In this document: piece after piece, positions 1-8,527 of the stretch
How positions within the stretch are numbered: position 1 is the first letter of the stretch
Layout of the letters: each line of letters opens with the position of its first letter
From: Kiritimatiellia bacterium
GTDB taxonomy: Bacteria > Verrucomicrobiota > Kiritimatiellia > RFP12 > UBA1067
DNA: 64,000 nucleotides
Direction: 5' to 3'
NCBI GenBank assembly: GCA_018384485.1
Contig: JAHBAE010000036.1
Coordinates: 649 to 64,648 of the forward strand
The notes under the pieces: model-generated
Seen by the model: the letters and a program-made list of their open reading frames with translations, nothing else
The model's database searches: none
Told to the model about the DNA's origin: nothing
Program-made: the position numbers and the translations under genes

Positions 1-493
1 CATACCATTCACGGAGCGAGCCGAAAATCTCGAACATATCGATCTCCTCCGAAAAATCGCCTATGCGGAATTTACACTCAGGCTTGTCGGAAAGAGGATC
101 ATAGAGCCAGAATGCATTGCATACTTTTGACGCCATGGTCTTTGCCCTGCATTCATAATAACCATAGAAACTCTTTTGCTTGCGGCGAACATACGCCATC
201 GCATACGTATCGAAACCGCGACGCAGATTCTCCTCCGTTTTTTCATCTGCCCGCATTAGGCGGGCCGTGAGATTGAGACTCCCTCCGGAGACGGCTACGT
301 TATCACGCGCAAAAAGGAAGCCTGTTTTTCTTCCCTGAAAGGAGCTGACCCAATCTGTCCAGACGCTATCATCAAGCTTACCGCCGTCAAACTCGTCGGA
401 AAACGTAATCTTCGCGCCTGAAAAGCCCTGCGGCGGCGCACCTACGGCAGATAGAGCCGCAAGCATTGCCGCCGCAAGCATTTGTAACCTCAT
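1..493 (-). CDS. Glycoside hydrolase family 16 (beta-glucanase/laminarinase-like). Only the N-terminal 164 aa with signal peptide are present; the 3' end runs off the window start.
   Basis: Manual reverse-complement translation gives an open frame from ATG at 491-493 to position 1 (MRLQMLAAAMLAALSAVGA...). It has an FDG..LD..W region and the EIDMFE motif matching the GH16 catalytic E-x-D-x-x-E signature. Absent from the ORF track because there is no in-window stop. The start overlaps the proS stop (TAATG). Confidence 0.65.
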   Translation of the reverse strand, partial: MRLQMLAAAMLAALSAVGAPPQGFSGAKITFSDEFDGGKLDDSVWTDWVSSFQGRKTGFLFARDNVAVSGGSLNLTARLMRADEKTEENLRRGFDTYAMAYVRRKQKSFYGYYECRAKTMASKVCNAFWLYDPLSDKPECKFRIGDFSEEIDMFEIFGSLREWY

Positions 494-2208
494 TATGCGA
501 GACGCTCCATTATCGCATCAACAGCCTTATCGGGAGATACCACCACCGTGGCGGACTTATCATCGCGACGACGCTTGATTTCAACGCCTCCCGAAGAAAG
601 CCCCTTCGTGCCGACAACGACGCGCACAGGGAAGCCGATAAGATCCGCGTCTTTGAACTTGACGCCAGGGCGATCGCTTCTGTCGTCCACGATCGCGTCA
701 ACGCCCCTGCTCTCAAGCTTCTTCTCGATCGCTTCCGCTACGGAAACAGCCTCGGGATTATCAGGGTCGAGCAGGCAGATACACACCTGGAATGGCGCTA
801 CAGAGGCAGGCCAGATAATACCGTTAGCATCATGACTTTGCTCAATGACTGCCTGAAGCGTTCTCGAAACGCCGATGCCGTAACAACCCATCACCATCAC
901 GCGCTCTTCAAGATTATCGTTCTTGTAGACGGCCTTGAACTGCGAGGTGTATTTCACGCCGAGTTTGAACACGTGCCCGACCTCAATGCCGCGGCGCACG
1001 GAAAGAACCTTGCCGCAAGTGGCGCAGATGTCGCCCTCGCGGGCAATGACAATATCAGCGTAATCTTCGGCCGCTATCGCGCAGTCGCGATCAAGATCGA
1101 CATTCTTGATATGATGGTCGTCCTTATTTGCGCCGACGATGCACCCTTTTGCACCCTTGAGATCTTGGTCGCAAATAATTCTGAGCGATGCATCTGCAGG
1201 TTTCACGGGCCCGACGGAACCGGCATTAGCGCCGCTTGCCACAAGAATCGCCGCAGGGTCAGCAAGCTCCACTTTCTTCGCGCCGAGGAAATGGCGAAGC
1301 TTAACTTCATTTACATCGCGATCGCCAGGCACGCAGACCATGACGCTCTTGCCGTCGACATTATAGATGAGGGACTTTATGAACGCCGAGGCGCTCACGC
1401 CCATGAAGCGCGAAACTTCATCAATCGTCTTCGCGCCTGGAGTGGGCACCATCTCCATCTCGCCGCACGGCTCATCGTTGCGCAGCGACGCCTTGCGAGC
1501 CGCCTTTTCAAGATTAGCCGCGTATCCGCAGCCCTCGCAGAATGCAATGCCGTCTTCACCGGAATCGGCAAGAACGTGAAACTCATGACTGAACTTGCCG
1601 CCGATATCGCCGGTATCGGCCTCAACGGGATACGCTTTAAGACCGCACCTCTCAAAGACGCGCTTATACGCTTCGAACATGGCCTCGTAGCTCGCATCGG
1701 CGGCATCCATGGAAACATCGAAGGAATAAGCGTCCTTCATCAAAAATTCCTTCGAACGCATAAGACCGAAGCGCGGGCGGATCTCGTCGCGGAACTTCCA
1801 CTGAATCTGATAGACGGTAACTGGAAGCTGACGATAAGAATTTATGATGCCTCCAAGAAGCGACGTCACCATCTCTTCCGCAGTAGGCGAAAGCGCGTAG
1901 CCGTGACCTCCGCGATCCTCAAGGCGGAACATACCCGGGCCCATGGTCTCCCAGCGGCCTGAAGTTTTCCAAAGCGAGGATGGCTGGAGAATCGGCATGA
2001 CGATCTCTTGCGCACCAGCGCGATCCATTTCCTCGCGGACTATGCGCTGGACTTTATTAAGAACACGCATGCCGAGAGGCAGGTATGTGTACAAGCCGCC
2101 AGAAGCTTTCTTTACAAAGCCTGCGCGGACCATCAGCCTGTGTGAATCGATTTCTGCGTCGCCCGGATCTTCCCTGAGCGTTTGAATAAGGAATTTAGAC
2201 CATTTCAT
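493..2208 (-). CDS. proS: Proline--tRNA ligase (bacterial type with editing domain)
   Basis: 571-aa ORF. N-terminus MKWSKFLIQTLREDPGDAEI..HRLMVRAGF and the class II aaRS core are typical of ProRS. Confidence 0.93.
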   Translation of the reverse strand: MKWSKFLIQTLREDPGDAEIDSHRLMVRAGFVKKASGGLYTYLPLGMRVLNKVQRIVREEMDRAGAQEIVMPILQPSSLWKTSGRWETMGPGMFRLEDRGGHGYALSPTAEEMVTSLLGGIINSYRQLPVTVYQIQWKFRDEIRPRFGLMRSKEFLMKDAYSFDVSMDAADASYEAMFEAYKRVFERCGLKAYPVEADTGDIGGKFSHEFHVLADSGEDGIAFCEGCGYAANLEKAARKASLRNDEPCGEMEMVPTPGAKTIDEVSRFMGVSASAFIKSLIYNVDGKSVMVCVPGDRDVNEVKLRHFLGAKKVELADPAAILVASGANAGSVGPVKPADASLRIICDQDLKGAKGCIVGANKDDHHIKNVDLDRDCAIAAEDYADIVIAREGDICATCGKVLSVRRGIEVGHVFKLGVKYTSQFKAVYKNDNLEERVMVMGCYGIGVSRTLQAVIEQSHDANGIIWPASVAPFQVCICLLDPDNPEAVSVAEAIEKKLESRGVDAIVDDRSDRPGVKFKDADLIGFPVRVVVGTKGLSSGGVEIKRRRDDKSATVVVSPDKAVDAIMERLA

Positions 2209-2218
2209 AATCGTTGTA

Positions 2219-3367
2219 TTATATCAAAAATGACCGTATGGCGGCGGCAGCACGGCGCATATCGGAAATCTTTAATGTCGGATGCACCCAAAAACCGATG
2301 GTGGCGCGCTCAAGCTCGGCCGCCTTCGGCAAAGACTTTTCAAGAGGCCAAAGTATGCGATAGACGGGAAGCGACATTTTCTGCAGTTCCTCCGCCATCT
2401 TGGCGACAGAGCATGAAATGGCGCTTCTGTTGATGACAACGGGAACGAGCCAGAAACTCGCTTTTCGCTCAGGCGTATCGATAGGCCATATTTCAAAAGG
2501 AGAGCTCTTGCCAAGCTTAGCGTCAAGCGCGCGGAGCGATTTTAAAAGCTCATCCGCAAGGCGCCTGCGGCGAGGCATATTCCATGTTTCAAAACGCGCA
2601 AGTTCTCCGAGCCCAACGGCGCTCTGAATTTCAGTGAGCCTCGCGTTATATCCCACGCGCTCATACTCCTTCGGAGCGCTGCCGACCTTCCAGCCGTGAT
2701 CGCGCAGCGATTCAACCGCGCGCGCCGCGCGCATCGAACGGCAAACAACCATCCCTCCTTCGCCGCCCGTGGTAATGTGCTTTGAATGACAGAAAGAAAA
2801 ACATCCAGCATCCCCAAGCGTGCCCACCTTCTTTCCGCGATACTCGCCGCCAAGACACTGCGCGCAATCTTCAACCACAAGCAATTTCTTTTTCTTCGCC
2901 AATGCGAGAATCGGCCCCATATCTGCAACCTGCCCGAAAAGATGGACGACTACAATCGCTTTCGTGCGCGGCGTAAGGACACGGGAAATCGTCGCGGCGT
3001 TAAGCATGTGATCAGAGCCGACATCGGCATAAATTGGATTCGCCCCGACATTCGACACGCATGTCGAACTAGCCCTGAACGAATATGCCGTCACAACGAC
3101 ATCATCGCCGCGGCCGACGCCAAGAGCCTCCAGAGCAAGTTGCAGCGCGGCAGTTCCGGAGGAAACGGCAAGAGCCTTCTTTACTCCAAGATAAGACGCG
3201 AAGGCCGCCTCGAAAGCCTTCCCACGCGAACCCGTCCAGTAATTGACGCGCCCTGAACGAAGAACGGAAAGCACCTCACGCTCACTCTCGCGCGAGAAGG
3301 CGGGCCAAACAAGAGGCGCCTCGTGCGGCCTGCAACCCGGCACGTCTCTTTCACGCTTTAGGCCCAT
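2219..3367 (-). CDS. DegT/DnrJ/EryC1/StrS-family PLP-dependent sugar aminotransferase
   Basis: 382 aa. Conserved ...GSRGKAFEAAFASYLGVKKALAVSSGTAALQLAL... segment of the DegT family. Confidence 0.85.
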   Translation of the reverse strand: MGLKRERDVPGCRPHEAPLVWPAFSRESEREVLSVLRSGRVNYWTGSRGKAFEAAFASYLGVKKALAVSSGTAALQLALEALGVGRGDDVVVTAYSFRASSTCVSNVGANPIYADVGSDHMLNAATISRVLTPRTKAIVVVHLFGQVADMGPILALAKKKKLLVVEDCAQCLGGEYRGKKVGTLGDAGCFSFCHSKHITTGGEGGMVVCRSMRAARAVESLRDHGWKVGSAPKEYERVGYNARLTEIQSAVGLGELARFETWNMPRRRRLADELLKSLRALDAKLGKSSPFEIWPIDTPERKASFWLVPVVINRSAISCSVAKMAEELQKMSLPVYRILWPLEKSLPKAAELERATIGFWVHPTLKISDMRRAAAAIRSFLI

Positions 3368-3371
3368 AATC

Positions 3372-4406
3372 TTACGGCTCCTTCGCCGAGCCCGCGGAAG
3401 TTATACCGAACGCACGCTCAAAATCTGCGCGAGGAAGCGAGCCTACAACTTCGCGCACAACCTTGCCGGCGCGAAACATTTTGAACGATGGAATGCTGCG
3501 GACCCGATATTCGGCGGCAAGTTCCCTGTTATCATCAATGTTCACCTTGACGACTTTCACTACTCCCGAAGCGGCAAGCTCCTCAAGTATCGGATTCATC
3601 CTTCTGCAGGGGCCGCACCATGGAGCCCAGAAATCAACGAGCACATCGCCTTGCGACAGAAGGACCTCCTTCTCAAACTGGTCTTTACCGTCAATATTAA
3701 CGATACCCCTGTGAGGCGCAGGCTTTTCAGAAACTTCCACGCCACCCGTCTCAGCCCCCGGCGCGGGAGGTTTTTCAGATGAGGAAAACATATTTTCCGG
3801 AAGCGCGATAGAGAGGCCGAAAACAAAGAGGACCGCACCGCATACAAAATTGATGAGGCGCATACGTGCGCGGAGAAAACCGAGCGCCACCTTCGCCTTG
3901 TCGAGAAGAAGCGCGCTTAAAACCATCGGCACTCCAAGCCCCGCCGAATACGCGGCAAGTTTCGCACCGCCTGAAAACGCGCCGCCTTCGCTTGCCGCTT
4001 CAAGAAGCGCCGCCGCGAGAAACGCGCCCACGCAAGGCGAGAGGCATAGCGAAAAAATAATACCGAAAAGAAACGCCGAAAAAATGCCGCGCACCTCGAC
4101 TGCCTTATTCCCTCCCAAAGATGGAAGACGGAAAACGCCGAAGAAACTGAGTGCGATAACCATCACAATGATGCCGCAGGCAACCTCGATCTCTCTGCGG
4201 TGAGCCGAAAGGGCCTCGCCTGCGCTGCCCGCAATCACGCCTAAAGTTACAAAAACCGCCGTAAAGCCGAGCATGAAAAAAAGAGCCCTGACCGAAGTCT
4301 TAGCGCGCCCTGCCTCGCCAGTCGCAAAATACGCGAGATACACCGGCAGAAGCGGCAACATGCACGGCGAAAGAAAAGAAAGAAGCCCTTCAAGAAATGT
4401 CCTCAT
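3372..4406 (-). CDS. DsbD-like thiol:disulfide interchange protein: CcdA/DsbD transmembrane domain fused to a C-terminal thioredoxin
   Basis: N-terminus with two-Cys TM motif (LSFLSPCMLPLLP). C-terminal thioredoxin fold with WCGPC active site (VLVDFWAPWCGPCRRM). Confidence 0.8.
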   Translation of the reverse strand: MRTFLEGLLSFLSPCMLPLLPVYLAYFATGEAGRAKTSVRALFFMLGFTAVFVTLGVIAGSAGEALSAHRREIEVACGIIVMVIALSFFGVFRLPSLGGNKAVEVRGIFSAFLFGIIFSLCLSPCVGAFLAAALLEAASEGGAFSGGAKLAAYSAGLGVPMVLSALLLDKAKVALGFLRARMRLINFVCGAVLFVFGLSIALPENMFSSSEKPPAPGAETGGVEVSEKPAPHRGIVNIDGKDQFEKEVLLSQGDVLVDFWAPWCGPCRRMNPILEELAASGVVKVVKVNIDDNRELAAEYRVRSIPSFKMFRAGKVVREVVGSLPRADFERAFGITSAGSAKEP

Positions 4407-4443
4407 CGTCTACTCCTTTCTTTTGCATTCAACTCAAGGCGTT

Positions 4444-4851
4444 TCAGCTCTCCAAGCGCAACCTTGACGCAAGTGCGCCGAGCTTTTCCATGTCGCCCTT
4501 GCCGCTTTCAAATGTCAGGCCCGAGCCTTCAGAACGCGGCACGATATGGAAATGAATATGGTTTACCGTCTGCCCTGCGACAGCGCCGTTGTTCTGAAGA
4601 ATGTTAAACCCTTCGCACGGGAGTGCCGCGGCGATGTGAGAGGCCACCTTCTGTACTCGCTCCAAGAGAACGGCGAGAACGGCCGGCGGCACTTCAAGAA
4701 GGTTCTTGTAATGCTCTTTGGGAATTACAAGGGTATGCCCTTCTGAAAAAGGGTTGATATCGAGGAATGCGAGAACGGAATCGTCCTCGTAAATCTTGAA
4801 CGACGGAATTTCACCTGCGGCTATCGCACAGAAAACGCAGTCGTTCTTCAT
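4444..4851 (-). CDS. HIT-family (histidine triad) nucleotide hydrolase
   Basis: 135 aa. CVFCAI N-terminal motif and HIHFHIVPR histidine triad. Confidence 0.85.
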   Translation of the reverse strand: MKNDCVFCAIAAGEIPSFKIYEDDSVLAFLDINPFSEGHTLVIPKEHYKNLLEVPPAVLAVLLERVQKVASHIAAALPCEGFNILQNNGAVAGQTVNHIHFHIVPRSEGSGLTFESGKGDMEKLGALASRLRLES

Positions 4852-4852
4852 T

Positions 4853-6595
4853 TTAGCCCTCCTTCAATTTTGAATCGAGAACCTCGACAAACTTTTCAAC
4901 CGTCATCGCGCCAAGATCGCCATCGGCCCTACTGCGCACGCTGATCTGCCCAGATGCCTCATCGCGAGGTCCAACAACAACCAAGTACGGAACCTTCTGC
5001 ATCGTTGCGGAGCGGATCTTCGCACCGAGTTTTTCAGACGAATAATCCACATCGACGCGGAAGGACGAAGCCTTAAGCGCATCGGCGACGCGCTTGGCGT
5101 AATCGGCCGCCTTGTCGGAGACAGGCAGAACGCGAACCTGCTCTGGAGCGAGCCAAAGAGGAAATGCGCCTGCATAATGCTCAATCAGAATTCCGAAGAA
5201 CCTTTCAATCGAACCGAGAAGCGCGCGGTGAACCATATAGGGGCGGTGATCCTTGCCGTCGGTGCCGACATACGAAAGATTGAACCTTTCGGGAAGATTG
5301 AAGTCAAACTGCACGGTGCCAAGCTGCCACGGGCGCCCAAGAGCATCCTTAATCTTCATATCGATCTTAGGCCCGTAGAAAGCGCCGCCGCCTTCATCGA
5401 CCTCGTATGAAAGACCTTCTTCCTCAAGCGCCGCTCTGAGAGAAGCCGTCGCCTGCTCCCAGCGTTCAGGGTCGCCCACGGCCTTCTCAGGCTTGGTCGA
5501 AAGATAAGCCTGAATCTCATGGAAGCCGAACTTGCCGAGCATCGACTTTGCAAAGTTGACAGTATCTTTAATCTCCTTAACAATCTGTTCAGGCGTGCAG
5601 AGAATGTGAGCATCGTCCTGCGTAAACCCGCGAACGCGGAAAAGCCCGTGCCTTACGCCGTCTTTTTCATAGCGGTAAACGGTGCCCAGCTCGGCAAGGC
5701 GCATTGGCAGGTCACGGTAGGAACGCTTCTTCGCCTGATAAATCTGAATATGGAACGGGCAGTTCATCGGCTTTACGTAGTACTCCTCGACGTACGCGTC
5801 CTCGCCTTCGCCTTCCGCTACTTTCATCGGGGGGAACATCCCCTCTTTGTAAAAGCCCAAGTGTCCGGAAGTCTGCCAGAGATTCGCCCTTCCTACATGC
5901 GGAGTGTAGACGATCTCATAGCCGGCCTCGTAATGCTTCCTGCGCCAATAATCTTCAATCGCCACTCTGACGCGGGCACCCTTCGGGAGCCAGTGAGCAA
6001 GCCCAGGGCCGACAGATTCCGTAATGGTGAAAAGCTCAAGCTCACGGCCGAGAACGCGGTGATCGCGCCTACGGGCCTCTTCCTCGCGCGCGATAATCGC
6101 ATCAAGCTCAGCCTTATCCTTTGCGACAATTCCATAAATGCGCTGAAGCATCTTGTTCTTTTCATCGCCGCGATAATAGCTCCCCGCTACACGAACGAGT
6201 TTTACAACGCCGATCTGCGAAGAGCGCTCCACATGAGGGCCCCTGCACATCTCAACGTAATCGCCGACCGTATAGGTGGAAATATCCTCGCCATCAGGAA
6301 TATCTGCAAGACGCTCAAGCTTATACTTCTGCCCTGCGAGCATCTCAGCGCATTTCTCGCGCGAGACAACCTTTTTCTCGAAAGGCTCGTCAAGCGCAAT
6401 AAGACGGGCGATTTCCTCCTCAATTTTCGGAAAATCTTCAGGGGCTATGCGATGCGGAAGATCGAAATCGTAATAGAACCCGTCGTCCGTGGCAGGGCCT
6501 ATATCGACCTGCACATTTTCAAAAACGTTTTGCACGGCGCGCGCCATAAGATGCGCCGCCGAATGCCTTCTCATCTCTTCTGTAATCTCCGCCAT
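4853..6595 (-). CDS. thrS: Threonine--tRNA ligase (lacks the N-terminal TGS domain)
   Basis: 580 aa. Begins at the editing-domain HSAAHLMA motif, followed by the class II catalytic core and a C-terminal anticodon-binding domain. Only 66 bp separate it from the upstream gene, so there is no room for a TGS domain. Confidence 0.92.
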   Translation of the reverse strand: MAEITEEMRRHSAAHLMARAVQNVFENVQVDIGPATDDGFYYDFDLPHRIAPEDFPKIEEEIARLIALDEPFEKKVVSREKCAEMLAGQKYKLERLADIPDGEDISTYTVGDYVEMCRGPHVERSSQIGVVKLVRVAGSYYRGDEKNKMLQRIYGIVAKDKAELDAIIAREEEARRRDHRVLGRELELFTITESVGPGLAHWLPKGARVRVAIEDYWRRKHYEAGYEIVYTPHVGRANLWQTSGHLGFYKEGMFPPMKVAEGEGEDAYVEEYYVKPMNCPFHIQIYQAKKRSYRDLPMRLAELGTVYRYEKDGVRHGLFRVRGFTQDDAHILCTPEQIVKEIKDTVNFAKSMLGKFGFHEIQAYLSTKPEKAVGDPERWEQATASLRAALEEEGLSYEVDEGGGAFYGPKIDMKIKDALGRPWQLGTVQFDFNLPERFNLSYVGTDGKDHRPYMVHRALLGSIERFFGILIEHYAGAFPLWLAPEQVRVLPVSDKAADYAKRVADALKASSFRVDVDYSSEKLGAKIRSATMQKVPYLVVVGPRDEASGQISVRSRADGDLGAMTVEKFVEVLDSKLKEG

Positions 6596-6661
6596 AACTT
6601 CTCCCTGGGCTTTAAACCCGTCTTATCCTTTCAAAACTAACGCGCCTCGCGCTTCCCCCTA

Positions 6662-8527
6662 TCAGTGGCGGAAGCTGCGCTGCCCCGTAAATACCATTGC
6701 AACTCCCGCATCATTGCAGCAGTCGATGACATCCCAATCGCGGATTGCGCCGCCAGGCTGCACAATCGAGGTGATACCCTCGCGAATGCCGACCTCGGCA
6801 CCATCGCGGAAAGGGAAAAACGCATCGGAAACCATCGCGCAACCGGGGATGCCGCCCTTCTCTGCACGAGTCTGCTCCATGATTTCAGCCTGCTTCTTCG
6901 CCCCGTCTTCTTCCCCGAAAACGAGCCTAAGGTCATTATACGGCTTCTGATATTTCTCCCAGGCAATCCAGTCCGCATGCTTGGTGTAAGCTTTATCGCG
7001 GGCGATTTCAGCCACGCCGACGCGATCCTGCTCGCCAGTGCCGATACCGACCGTCGCCCCGTCCTTCACGTAAAGAACGCTATTGGATGTAACGCCCGCC
7101 TCAACAAGCCAGCCGAAAACGAGATCTTCGTATTCCTTCGCCGTGGGAAGACGCTTGATTTTATGCTCCTCAAACGTAACGGCGCCAGTTGCCTTGTCGG
7201 TAATTTTACGGTTGCAGTACGCAGGCATCATATCCTCGCTCTTGCGCGCATTGGCGCTGAACGAAGTCTGCGCGACGATACCGCCGTCAATGAGGCTCTT
7301 GAAATCAACAACATGCTTTGCCACGAAATCTGTGAGGCGATCCATATTCTTGATGCGGAAGACGCGCAGATTCTTTTTCGCTGCAAAAAGGTCCATAACG
7401 CCCTCTTTGAAATCGGGCGCAACGACAACTTCGGCATAATTCTCGATGATGAGCTTCGCCGTCTCAATATCACACTCGCGATTGAGAGCGATTGCGCCGC
7501 CGAACGCCGCGAGACGGTCGGCCTTATTGGCACGGAAGTAAGCCTCGGCAAGTGTCGAGCCAGTGGCGACGCCGCACGGATTATTGTGTTTTACGATGAC
7601 TGCGCAGGGCTTCTCCATAAGATAGCGCAAGATATTAAGCGCATTGTCCGTATCGGTCACGTTCGTTTTGCCGGGATGCTTGCCCGACTGAAGAAGCTCG
7701 GGCACCGACGCAAGATAACGGCCAGGCTGGAGCATTTCCACATCGCCAAGGACGAGGTTGCCGTTGACAAGCTTGTAGAGAGCGGCTTCCTGCCCTGGGT
7801 TCTCGCCATAGCGCAGCCCCTTCTCTTCGCCGCCGATATTCCACGTCACTTTTTCATAGTGAAATGTCTGACGGTTTGCCCCATCGATAAATGAAATCTC
7901 CATTTTGGGCGCGAAGTGATCGGCCTCAATCGTCTTATAAGCTTCTTTCAAATCTTTCATATTATGTATTATACCATATTGTCCCCGCCTGAGTGAATTC
8001 CCTCTCAGTTCATGGGCAAAGGCGGCAAGCTGACGGCGAAGATTATCCTTTGAGCCATCGTTTTCTATGACAAAATCTGCGCGCGCGGCCTTCTCTTCCG
8101 CAGGCATTTGCGCCTCAATTCTTGAAACGGCCTCTTGTTTTGAATAACTGCGGCTTTCCATCATTCTTGCAATTTGCAGTTCGCGCGAAGAGACGATGCA
8201 ACCTACGAAATCGAAATCCTTCTCCCACCCGGTTTCATAAAGAAGCGGAATTACGGCAACCCGCAATGTAGCAGCCTCGGGGCGGGCCTCCTCAAGCCAG
8301 GCATGAATGCGGCTACGCACTAACGGATGAATACGCGATTCAAGCTCACGCCTCTTTATGGGATCTGAAAAAACCTCCGCCGCGATGCGGCGCCTCTCGG
8401 CCGGATCGGGAATTATCTCATGAACAATGTCATCGGCGTCAAGAATCTCAACGCCGAGCTCTTTGAGAAATTCAGACGCCAACGATTTGCCGCAAGCGAT
8501 ACCACCGGTGAGAGCAAATTTCTTCAT
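6662..8527 (-). CDS. coaE: Fusion ORF: dephospho-CoA kinase (N-terminal) plus an AICAR-transformylase (PurH AICARFT) domain lacking the IMP cyclohydrolase/MGS domain
   Basis: The ORF-track frame is continuous for 698 aa. Functional start set at MKKFALTGGIACGKS (P-loop, CoaE) at 8527. The 8758 start would overlap the upstream gene. The downstream half contains RYGENPGQ, KHNNPCGVA and the C-terminal ...FTGQRSFRH, all characteristic of PurH AICARFT. Confidence 0.75.
   Translation of the reverse strand: MKKFALTGGIACGKSLASEFLKELGVEILDADDIVHEIIPDPAERRRIAAEVFSDPIKRRELESRIHPLVRSRIHAWLEEARPEAATLRVAVIPLLYETGWEKDFDFVGCIVSSRELQIARMMESRSYSKQEAVSRIEAQMPAEEKAARADFVIENDGSKDNLRRQLAAFAHELRGNSLRRGQYGIIHNMKDLKEAYKTIEADHFAPKMEISFIDGANRQTFHYEKVTWNIGGEEKGLRYGENPGQEAALYKLVNGNLVLGDVEMLQPGRYLASVPELLQSGKHPGKTNVTDTDNALNILRYLMEKPCAVIVKHNNPCGVATGSTLAEAYFRANKADRLAAFGGAIALNRECDIETAKLIIENYAEVVVAPDFKEGVMDLFAAKKNLRVFRIKNMDRLTDFVAKHVVDFKSLIDGGIVAQTSFSANARKSEDMMPAYCNRKITDKATGAVTFEEHKIKRLPTAKEYEDLVFGWLVEAGVTSNSVLYVKDGATVGIGTGEQDRVGVAEIARDKAYTKHADWIAWEKYQKPYNDLRLVFGEEDGAKKQAEIMEQTRAEKGGIPGCAMVSDAFFPFRDGAEVGIREGITSIVQPGGAIRDWDVIDCCNDAGVAMVFTGQRSFRH

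Noticed and set aside
61-246. 61-aa minus-strand ORF at the window start
   Set aside because: It is in an alternative frame inside the partial GH16 gene, and the translation is Arg-rich nonsense.
466-1962. Long plus-strand ORFs antisense to real genes (466-1962, 5519-6640, 6665-7894, 14846-16273, 18423-19568, 21656-22609)
   Set aside because: Each lies entirely inside a confidently identified minus-strand gene (proS, thrS, purH-like, secretin, pilMN, pta). They have low-complexity Arg/Ala/Ser-rich translations with no recognisable domains, as expected for GC-rich antisense frames.
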